Shown here in pieces: positions 8,721 to 19,145 of a DNA stretch of 64,000 bases; positions within the stretch are counted from its first letter, which is position 1, and each line of letters begins with the position of its first letter. A model generated the notes under the pieces. That model had not been told where the DNA came from. It worked only from the letters and a program-made list of their open reading frames with translations, and made no database searches. The translations under genes were made by a program, and so were the position numbers. Source of the stretch: an uncultured Hyphomicrobiales bacterium (GTDB lineage: Bacteria; Pseudomonadota; Alphaproteobacteria; Reyranellales; JAQSWP01); contig CAYWLS010000008.1 of the NCBI GenBank assembly GCA_964458605.1, positions 73,190 through 137,189 of the forward strand, in the 5' to 3' direction.

Positions 8721-10841
8721 TCAGCCGCGGCGGTCGGTCTCGATCACGGCATCGACCGCCAGCGCACCGCTTCCTTCGGGGAATACCAGGAACGGATTGG
8801 CCTCGACGCTCAGGATGGCGTCGGCATTGGCCGCCGCCGCGCGCGACAGCGCGCTCAGCGCCCGGGCCAGCGCTTCCTTGTCGGCGGGCGGCGCGCCACG
8901 GGCGCCGTCGAGGATGCGGGCGCCGCGGATCTCGCCGATCATGCGCCGCGCCTCGTCGATGCCGAACGGAGCGATCCGGAAGCTGACATCCTTCAGGATC
9001 TCGACGAACACGCCACCCAGGCCGAACATCACCACCGGGCCGAAGCTGGGGTCGCGCACCACGCCCAGGATGCACTCGACCCCGCCCTTCAGCATCGGCG
9101 CCACCAGGCAGCCGCGAATGGCGGCATCGGGCAGCCGCGCGCGGACGGCGGTCACGATTTCATCGTAAGCGGCCCCGACGGCTTGGGCATCGGCGAGATT
9201 CAGCTTCACCCCGCCGACATCGGATTTGTGCAGCAATCCGCTGGCCACGATCTTGACCACCGCCGGATAGCCCAGCCGGTCGGCCGCCGCGATCGCCGCC
9301 GCGCGCGAGGTCGCCAGCGCATGCTCGACCACCGGCACGCCAGCCGCGTCGAGCCACGCCAGCGCTTCCGGCTCGTCCAGGACAGCCGGTAACGCAACGG
9401 TCGCGCCCGCCCGCGGCCGGGCCTCTTCGGCCTGGACGAAGGACCGAGCAAAGAAGCGCAGCGCAGCCATGGTGCGGATCGCATGGGTGGGCTCGCGATA
9501 GGCCGGAATGCCCATGGCTTCGAACACCCGCTGGCATTCGGTCGACATGAAGCCGGACACCATGAACGGCCGGTCGGGATAGCGCGCCAGCAATTCGCGC
9601 CACACCGGCAGATGCGGCTCGATCGCCTCCGGCGTGCGATAGAGCCCGCCCTGGTAGGCGACGATGCCGGCATAGTCGGCGCCCTCCATGATCAGCCGCA
9701 TGGCGCGGCCGAACAGCGGCGGATCGTTGATCACATAGCCGGTGAGGTCGAGCGGATTCTCGACGCCGGCGATCGGCACCATCTGCTTCATCGCGCGCTT
9801 GGCCGCGTCGGGCAACTGCGTCACCGCCAAGCCGGCCTCGACCGCCGTGTCGGCCAGCAGCACGCCGACGCCGCCCGACACCGTGACGATCCCCAGGCTG
9901 TCGTTGCGCGGCAGCGGCGCGATCGCCGCGGCGCAGCCGACATCGAAGAACTCCTCGATCGAGTTGGCGCGATAGACGCCGTACTGGCGGAACATCGCGT
10001 CGTAGACGTCGTCGGCGCCGGCCAGCGCCGCCGAATGCGATTGGGCGGCGCGCGCGCCGGCCTCGGTACGCCCCAGCTTGACCATCACCACCGGCTTGCG
10101 CCGGCGACGCGCCAGCGCCAGCGCCTCGAGCATGCGCGGGCCGTGGCGGCAGGTTTCGATGTAGCAGAGAATCACTTTCGTGTTGTCGTCCTCGGCCAGG
10201 AAGGCGATGCATTCGGCGATCTCGATATCGGCTTCGTTGCCAGTGGCGATGACGTAGCTGAACGACACGCCGCGTTCCTTGGCCATCAGGCTCGACATGC
10301 CGGCAAAGGCGCCGCTCTGGGTGACCAGGCCGATGCGGCCATCGGCCGGCATGGAATCGGGAAAGGCGGGATGGAAGCTGGCCACCAGGCCGCGGTCGAA
10401 ATCGGCAAAGCCGACGCTGTTGGGCCCCAGCACGCGGATGCCCCGCTCGCGGGCCAGCGCCGCCAGCTCGGCCTGGCGCGTCGCGCCCTCGGCATCGACC
10501 TCGGCAAAGCCGCCGGCGAACACCACCACGCCGGCAACGCCCTTGTCGGCGCAGCGGCGCACCACATCGTTGACCTGCTCGGCCGACACCGAGCAGATCG
10601 CCAGGTCGATCGGCGCGTCGATATCGGCGATATCGCGATAGGCGCGCAGACCCTGAATGGCTTCGGCGCGCAGGTTGACCGGGTAGATTTCGCCGGAGAA
10701 TCCGTATTTGCGCATCAGCGCGATCGGCCGGCCGCCGACCCGCGCCGCATCGGCCGAGGCGCCGATCACCGCGACGCGCCGGGCATTGAGGATGCGGCGC
10801 AACGAGGCGGTGTCGATCGAGCTGGAAGCGGCGTCGCGCAT
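8721..10841 (-). CDS. Acetate-CoA ligase family (ADP-forming acyl-CoA synthetase, fused alpha-beta)
   Basis: VAVIGAS, RVLGPNSVG, SQSG-like TQSGA, GNEAD, SHSAALAG, LHKSDVGGV, FGPVVMFGLGG. Confidence 0.93.
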   Translation of the reverse strand: MRDAASSSIDTASLRRILNARRVAVIGASADAARVGGRPIALMRKYGFSGEIYPVNLRAEAIQGLRAYRDIADIDAPIDLAICSVSAEQVNDVVRRCADKGVAGVVVFAGGFAEVDAEGATRQAELAALARERGIRVLGPNSVGFADFDRGLVASFHPAFPDSMPADGRIGLVTQSGAFAGMSSLMAKERGVSFSYVIATGNEADIEIAECIAFLAEDDNTKVILCYIETCRHGPRMLEALALARRRRKPVVMVKLGRTEAGARAAQSHSAALAGADDVYDAMFRQYGVYRANSIEEFFDVGCAAAIAPLPRNDSLGIVTVSGGVGVLLADTAVEAGLAVTQLPDAAKRAMKQMVPIAGVENPLDLTGYVINDPPLFGRAMRLIMEGADYAGIVAYQGGLYRTPEAIEPHLPVWRELLARYPDRPFMVSGFMSTECQRVFEAMGIPAYREPTHAIRTMAALRFFARSFVQAEEARPRAGATVALPAVLDEPEALAWLDAAGVPVVEHALATSRAAAIAAADRLGYPAVVKIVASGLLHKSDVGGVKLNLADAQAVGAAYDEIVTAVRARLPDAAIRGCLVAPMLKGGVECILGVVRDPSFGPVVMFGLGGVFVEILKDVSFRIAPFGIDEARRMIGEIRGARILDGARGAPPADKEALARALSALSRAAAANADAILSVEANPFLVFPEGSGALAVDAVIETDRRG

Positions 10842-10843
10842 CG

Positions 10844-12013
10844 CTATTTTCCCTTGCGGCCCTTGGCCTGAAGCATCTCGCGCGCGATGGTCAGCAGATG
10901 GATCTGGCTGGTGCCCTCCGCCATGCGACCGCCCCGCACGTCGCGATAGAGCAGTTCGGCGCCGGAATAGTCGGCGATATAGCCGCGGGCGCCGAAGATC
11001 TGCACCACACGGTCGGCGACCCGACACACCATTTCAGTGGCGAAGTACTTGGCGATCGAGGCCGCCATGGTGACGTCCTCGCCGGCATCGTACTTGCGCG
11101 CCGTCTCCAGCAGCAATGCGCGCGCGGCTTGGATATCGACCTGGCATTCCGCCAGCATGGCCTGGACCAGCTGATGGCTGCCGATCGGCGCGCGACCGTT
11201 GCGCTCGCCGCGCGCGAAATCCAATGCCAGCTCGACCATCCGCATGGCCGGCCCCACGCTCAAGCCCGACAGGTTGATGCGCTGGAACAGGAAGCCGCGC
11301 ATCAGGCTCTCGAAGCCGTGCCCCGGCTCGTTGCCCAGCATGGCGTCGGCGGGCACGCGGCAGTTGCGCACATGCACCTCGGACATCGGCATGCCGTGCT
11401 GGCCCATCTTGCGGTATGGCTTGCCGATCTCCAGCCCTTCCATGCCGGGCTTGAGCAGAAAGGTGGTGATGCCCCCCAGGCCGCCGGCATCGTTTTCGGT
11501 GCGGGCGTACATCAGGATGACATCGGCGACCGGCGCCAGCGAGACATAGCATTTGGCGCCGTTCAGCACCCAGCCATTGCCGTCGCGCACCGCCCGCGTC
11601 CGCATCTTGGTGGCCTGCGAACCGCCGATGTCCAGCTCGGACACGGCGAAGGCCGGTATCACCTCGCCGCTGGCGATTTTCGGCAGATAATAGCGCTTCT
11701 GCTGTTCGGTGCCTTCGACCGCGAACGGCACCACGCCGATGCCGATGTTGTTCGACAGCCGGGTGCGGAACGACAGCGAGCACTGCGACACTTCCATGTT
11801 GATATGGGCCAGCTCCTCGCAGGTCATGCCCCAGCCGCCATATTCCTCCGGCACGCCGAAAGCGAACAGGCCGCGATCGCGCATCTCCTGCACCACCGCC
11901 GCCGGCAGCGCGCCGGCGCGATCGACCTCCGGTTCGAGCGGCTGCCAGCTATTGCGCACCACGTCGCGCACGATGGCGATGGCCTTGTCCAGACGCTGCT
12001 GGTCGCGAATCAT
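10844..12013 (-). CDS. Acyl-CoA dehydrogenase
   Basis: VPEEYGG, LNGAKCY, KMG, ASIAKYFATE, YRDVR...EGTSQI (catalytic Glu position retained). Confidence 0.93.
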   Translation of the reverse strand: MIRDQQRLDKAIAIVRDVVRNSWQPLEPEVDRAGALPAAVVQEMRDRGLFAFGVPEEYGGWGMTCEELAHINMEVSQCSLSFRTRLSNNIGIGVVPFAVEGTEQQKRYYLPKIASGEVIPAFAVSELDIGGSQATKMRTRAVRDGNGWVLNGAKCYVSLAPVADVILMYARTENDAGGLGGITTFLLKPGMEGLEIGKPYRKMGQHGMPMSEVHVRNCRVPADAMLGNEPGHGFESLMRGFLFQRINLSGLSVGPAMRMVELALDFARGERNGRAPIGSHQLVQAMLAECQVDIQAARALLLETARKYDAGEDVTMAASIAKYFATEMVCRVADRVVQIFGARGYIADYSGAELLYRDVRGGRMAEGTSQIHLLTIAREMLQAKGRKGK

Positions 12014-12091
12014 CGTCTTCCCCCGAACCTCGTTGCCGGCTGTGCGCAACGCGGCGCCGCCGATTTTAGTCAATGAACCCACATCGTTTTT

Positions 12092-12109
12092 TTAATGTCA
12101 ATCCATTAC
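12092..12109. promoter_or_regulatory. TTAATG-tcaatc-CATTAC operator-like site (one mismatch) containing TTGACA on the minus strand
   Basis: Read directly, upstream of the acyl-CoA dehydrogenase/CoA ligase operon; minus-strand TTGACA at 12101-12096. Confidence 0.7.
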
Positions 12110-12191
12110 TTTGTCATGCAGTACGGCTGGCCGCTGGATCGCTGGCGATCGGAGCGCGCCCGGGCCAGCCAGCGATCGGCGCTGCGACAAA

Positions 12192-12209
12192 TTAATGTTT
12201 TGGCATTAA
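12192..12209. promoter_or_regulatory. TTAATG-ttttgg-CATTAA operator-like palindrome upstream of the TetR gene
   Basis: Read directly; TTGGCA at 12200-12205 and TATACT at 12221-12226 form a promoter-like pair with a short 15-bp spacer. Confidence 0.72.
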
Positions 12210-12258
12210 ATCGAGCCGCCTATACTCTCATGGCGGCGGGCCTAGCGAGGGGAGCGTC

Positions 12259-13026
12259 ATGACCAGGACGGCGAAGCGACCATCGACCCGACAAAGGGCC
12301 GCGCCCGAAGCGGCGCGGCGCGGCGACACGCGCATGCGGCTGATCGAGACGGCCGAGAAGCTGGTCGCCCAGCACGGCATCGACGGCATCACCGCCAAGC
12401 AGATCATCCAGGCGGCAGGCGTGCGCAACGAATCGGCGTTGCAGTACCATTTCGGCAGCCGCAGCGCGCTGATCGATGCGATCTTCGAGTTGCGCATGTC
12501 GCCGATCAACGCGCACCGGCTGGACATGCTGGCCGAGCTCGATAGCCGCGGCAGCCCGCCGACGATCCGCGACATCGTTCGCGTGTTGGTGTTGCCGCTG
12601 GCGCAAAGCCTGATCTCGAGCCGCCGCAAGAGCTATTACTGCCGCTTCCTCGAGCGCGCGCAAAGCTCGCCCGAGCATGTCAACAACCTGATCCAGCGGC
12701 GGCACTATTCGAGCGTATTGGGCTGCGCCGCGCATTTCCGCTATCTCTGCGCCAACCTGCCTCATGCCGTGACCAACCAACGCCTGTCCATCGCCCTCAA
12801 GACGCTGGGCCAGGGCGCGGCCGACATCGAGCGCCGGCTGTCGGACCCCGCCCAGGCGGTCAGCCGCGAACAGATCGAGGCCGAGATCGGCAATCTGACC
12901 GACTGCATCGTGGGAATCATGTCGGCGGAGGTGGTCGACGGCAAGGCGATGGCGGCGCACAAGACGGCAAGACCGACGGCGACGCCGGATGGCGCCGCCA
13001 GGAGGATTCGCCAGCCTTCCCGATAG
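12259..13026 (+). CDS. TetR/AcrR family transcriptional regulator
   Basis: LIETAEKLVAQHGIDGITAKQIIQAAGVRNESALQYHFGSR N-terminal HTH. Confidence 0.92.
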   Translation: MTRTAKRPSTRQRAAPEAARRGDTRMRLIETAEKLVAQHGIDGITAKQIIQAAGVRNESALQYHFGSRSALIDAIFELRMSPINAHRLDMLAELDSRGSPPTIRDIVRVLVLPLAQSLISSRRKSYYCRFLERAQSSPEHVNNLIQRRHYSSVLGCAAHFRYLCANLPHAVTNQRLSIALKTLGQGAADIERRLSDPAQAVSREQIEAEIGNLTDCIVGIMSAEVVDGKAMAAHKTARPTATPDGAARRIRQPSR

Positions 13027-13064
13027 CGACGCCACGGCGAAAACAGACAGAGGGAACCTGTCGC

Positions 13065-13538
13065 ATGCCGAATTTCATCGAACGCAGACGCGATTTCTAT
13101 GCCGGCGCGCTGATGGCGCTGATCGGCATCGCCGCCGTCGCGATCGGCCAGCAATACGGAATCGGATCGCTCACGGCGATGAAACCGGGGTTCTTTCCCG
13201 TCGCTGTCGGTGCGCTGCTGGTCCTGGTCGGCATCGCCATCGCCGTCGTCGGCGGGCGCGGCGAGGAGCCGGACGCGGCGCACGCCGCAGTACCGCCCTG
13301 GGACTGGCGCGGAGGTTGCTGCATCCTCGCCGGCACGGTCAGCTTCATCGTGCTGGGCCGGTATCTGGGAATGGTACCCGCCACCTTCGCCTGCGTGTTG
13401 GTTTCGGCGCTGGGCGACCGCAAGATGGCGGTCGCCAATGCGGTGGTCCTTGCCATCGCCATCGCCGGATTCGGGGTCGTGCTGTTCCATTACCAACTGA
13501 AGATTCCCTTCCCGCTGTTTCGCTGGGGCACGTCATGA
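13065..13538 (+). CDS. tctB: Tripartite tricarboxylate transporter TctB
   Basis: Four hydrophobic segments, MKPGFFP motif, ATGA overlap with tctA. Confidence 0.9.
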   Translation: MPNFIERRRDFYAGALMALIGIAAVAIGQQYGIGSLTAMKPGFFPVAVGALLVLVGIAIAVVGGRGEEPDAAHAAVPPWDWRGGCCILAGTVSFIVLGRYLGMVPATFACVLVSALGDRKMAVANAVVLAIAIAGFGVVLFHYQLKIPFPLFRWGTS

Positions 13539-15031
13539 TCGACACCGCGCTGACCGACCTGTGGCGCGGCTTCGAGGTCGCGCTCGACGGCACCAACGTC
13601 AAATGGTGCTTCGTCGGCGTGATGATCGGCAACATGGTGGGCGTCCTGCCCGGCATCGGCGTCATGGCGGCGGTCTCGATCCTGCTGCCGCTGACGTTCG
13701 GCATGCCGCCGGTCGCCGCCCTGCTGATGCTGGCCGGCATCTACTACGGCGCCCAATATGGCGGGGCGATCTGCTCGATCATCCTCAATCTGCCCTGCCA
13801 TCCGCCGCATGCGGTGACCTGCCTCGACGGCTATCCCTTGACCATGCAAGGCCGCGGCGGCGTGGCGCTGTTCATCACCATGCTGTCGTCCTTCGTCGGC
13901 GCCTCCTTCGGCATCACGGTGATGATCTTCTTCGCGCCGGTGCTGGTGAAGCTGGCGCTGGAATTCGCCGATGTCGAGGTCTGCGCGCTGATGCTGCTGG
14001 GGATGCTGGCAGGCTCGACCCTGGCGCGCGGCTCGGCGCTGAAGGGTGTGGCGATGACCCTGCTCGGATTGCTGCTGGGCATGGTCGGCACCGACGTCAA
14101 TACCGGCTTGCACCGCTTCACCTTCGGCGAGAGCAAGCTCTACGACGGCATCGAGATCGTCGCCTTGGCGCTGGGACTGTTCGGCATCGCCGAGTTCCTC
14201 AAGAGCGTCAACGCCGTCAATCCGCTCAATGCCGCCCTGACGCGCATCCGCATGCGCGACATGTGGCCCAGTCGGACGGATCTGAAGCAGGCCGCTTTCC
14301 CGATGATGCGCGGCACCCTGATCGGCAGCCTGTGCGCGCTGATCCCCGGCACCGGACCGACCATCGCCTCGTTCATCTCCTACGGCTTCGAAAAGCGCAT
14401 CTCGCGCACGCCCGAACGCTTCGGCACCGGAGCCATCGCCGGCGTCGCCAGCCCCGAGGCCTCGACCCACTCCTCCGTGCAGGGCGATTTCATCCCGACC
14501 ATGTGCCTGGGCATTCCAGGCGATGCGGTGATGGCGCTGATGCTGGGCGCTCTGCTGATCCAGGGCATCACCCCCGGTCCGCAGCTGATCACCGAACACC
14601 CCGACCTGTTCTGGGGGCTGATCGCCAGCTTCTGGGTGGGCAACATCATGCTGGTGATCCTGAACGTGCCGATGATCGGCCTTTGGGTGAAGCTGCTGGA
14701 AATCCCCTATCGGTATCTCTATCCCAGCGCGCTGTTCTTCATCTGCATCGGCGTGTACAGCGCCAACAACGATCTGTTCCTGGTCAAGGAGGCCCTGGTG
14801 ATCGGGGTGATCGGCTACATCCTGCTTCGCCTGGGCTTCCATCCCGCGCCCGTATTGTTGGGCTTCGTTTTGGGCTCGCGCTTCGAAGAGGGATTTCGCC
14901 GCTCCATGCTGTTCTCGCATGGCGACTTGATGGTCTATTTGACCCACCCGGTCAGCGCCGGCTTCCTGGGATTGGCAGTCGGACTGATCGGCATTCAGGT
15001 CTATAGCGCCGCCAGGCGGCGCCGGCGCTAG
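13535..15031 (+). CDS. tctA: Tripartite tricarboxylate transporter TctA permease
   Basis: GVLPGIG, GIYYGAQYGG, DGYPLTMQGRGG, RFTFG, GIPGDAVMALMLGAL. Confidence 0.95.
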   Translation: MIDTALTDLWRGFEVALDGTNVKWCFVGVMIGNMVGVLPGIGVMAAVSILLPLTFGMPPVAALLMLAGIYYGAQYGGAICSIILNLPCHPPHAVTCLDGYPLTMQGRGGVALFITMLSSFVGASFGITVMIFFAPVLVKLALEFADVEVCALMLLGMLAGSTLARGSALKGVAMTLLGLLLGMVGTDVNTGLHRFTFGESKLYDGIEIVALALGLFGIAEFLKSVNAVNPLNAALTRIRMRDMWPSRTDLKQAAFPMMRGTLIGSLCALIPGTGPTIASFISYGFEKRISRTPERFGTGAIAGVASPEASTHSSVQGDFIPTMCLGIPGDAVMALMLGALLIQGITPGPQLITEHPDLFWGLIASFWVGNIMLVILNVPMIGLWVKLLEIPYRYLYPSALFFICIGVYSANNDLFLVKEALVIGVIGYILLRLGFHPAPVLLGFVLGSRFEEGFRRSMLFSHGDLMVYLTHPVSAGFLGLAVGLIGIQVYSAARRRRR

Positions 15032-15119
15032 GGCGTCGCCAGACGGGCCCGCCGCACGGTCGGCCCCGGCTCGCTTGGCCTTGAGCGCGCGCCTTCTCAG
15101 GAGGCCGGTTTCTAAACTC

Positions 15120-15139
15120 TGCGACCAGCGTGCGACCAG
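15120..15139. repeat. Tandem 9-bp direct repeat TGCGACCAG x2 (11-bp period), integrase arm-site-like
   Basis: Copies at 15120-15128 and 15131-15139, about 26 bp beyond the tRNA-Lys CCA end. Confidence 0.55.
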
Positions 15140-15165
15140 TAAAGCGACGCCGATCGGCTAAGTGT

Positions 15166-15240
15166 TGGTGAGCGCGGAGGGGATCGAACCCTCGACCCTC
15201 TGATTAAAAGTCAGATGCTCTACCGCTGAGCTACGCGCTC
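15166..15240 (-). tRNA. tRNA-Lys (anticodon TTT), CCA encoded
   Basis: Folds as a cloverleaf: acceptor GAGCGCG/CGCGCTC+ACCA, anticodon arm TCTGA-CTTTTAA-TCAGA, T-loop TTCGATC. Confidence 0.97.
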
Positions 15241-15294
15241 CAATCCTGTCGATCCGCCCCTGCAAATCCACATCGGGCCGATCGCGGCGGCCTC

Positions 15295-15323
15295 GGTATA
15301 GGCCGTCATGTCCGTACGGTCAA
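15295..15323 (-). promoter_or_regulatory. Sigma70-type promoter for tRNA-Lys (TTGACC-N17-TATACC)
   Basis: Minus-strand hexamers at 15323-15318 and 15300-15295 with an exact 17-bp spacer. Confidence 0.7.
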
Positions 15324-15362
15324 TCGCCAGAAATCCCCCGCCGGACCGCCGGCGGCGCACCC

Positions 15363-15887
15363 TCAATTGGTTCTGGCCAGATTGAGTTCGTTGAACTTGG
15401 CCGTGAGCCGGGCATGCACGCGCTTCGACACGAAATGCGACACGTCCCCGCCCAGCCGGCCGATATCCTTGACCAGGCTGGAAGCGATGAACTGGTGCCG
15501 CTCGGAGGCCATCAGGAACACCGTCTCGATGTCCGGCTTCAGCTTGGCGTTCATGCTGGCCATCTGGATTTCGTATTCGAAGTCGGACACGGCGCGCAGG
15601 CCACGGAAAATCACGTTGGCGTTCATGGCATGGGCGAAGTCGACCAGCAGGCCCTGGAACGGCTCGACCGTGACACGCTGGCCCAGCCCGTCCGGCATGG
15701 CGGCGATATCCTCGCGCAGGATCTCGACCCGCTCCTCGACGGTGAACAGCGGGCCTTTGCCGATATTGATCGCCGGCCCCACCACCAGATTGTCGACCAG
15801 CCGCGCCGCGCGGCGGATGATCTCGGAATGGCCGTTGGTGATTGGATCGAACGTGCCGGGGTAGACCCCGATGCGATGCTGCGCCAT
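15363..15887 (-). CDS. coaD: Pantetheine-phosphate adenylyltransferase
   Basis: YPGTFDPITNGH, RGLRAVSDFEYE, IASSLVK. Confidence 0.98.
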   Translation of the reverse strand: MAQHRIGVYPGTFDPITNGHSEIIRRAARLVDNLVVGPAINIGKGPLFTVEERVEILREDIAAMPDGLGQRVTVEPFQGLLVDFAHAMNANVIFRGLRAVSDFEYEIQMASMNAKLKPDIETVFLMASERHQFIASSLVKDIGRLGGDVSHFVSKRVHARLTAKFNELNLARTN

Positions 15888-16012
15888 GACAACTCCCCCA
15901 ACGCTTCCGGCGACCCTGCCGCCAACCCCCGTCCGCGGCGGTTAGACTCTTACCGCGCCTCGACCGGGCTTGGCCATGCGTATTTGCCGGGCGCCGATGG
16001 AGCAAGACCGGC

Positions 16013-18859
<2,847 letters not shown>

Positions 18860-19145
18860 TGCCTGGACTTTTCACTGCTGCCGGGCGTGGCGAGAAGCTC
18901 GCGCTACGCCCTGGAATGGGGACGCCGGACCGTAGCAAAACCGGCCCCGATTCACCATCAATTTCGGCACCGCAAAGCCGCCATTAACCGATTGATATCG
19001 TTTTGAAATCCGCCACAAATCGCGACGATCCACAAAGCGCCGGCCAGGCGATCCCGGCGGGCTCTTCCGATGGCTTCCAAAAGCCCGCCGAAAGCTCGGC
19101 GCCAATCGGCTTCGCCGGCCCTCGGGCCGCTTTCCCGCCCGCCGG

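Noticed and set aside
12125-12177. GC-rich inverted repeats (GATCGCTGGC/GCCAGCGATC) between the two operators
   Set aside because: A real 10-bp inverted repeat, but a single occurrence with no U-tract or recognisable motif. No function can be supported.
1-15165. Integrase, transposase or second att copy for the proposed island
   Set aside because: None visible in the window, so no mobile_element feature is called; only the boundary signal is reported.
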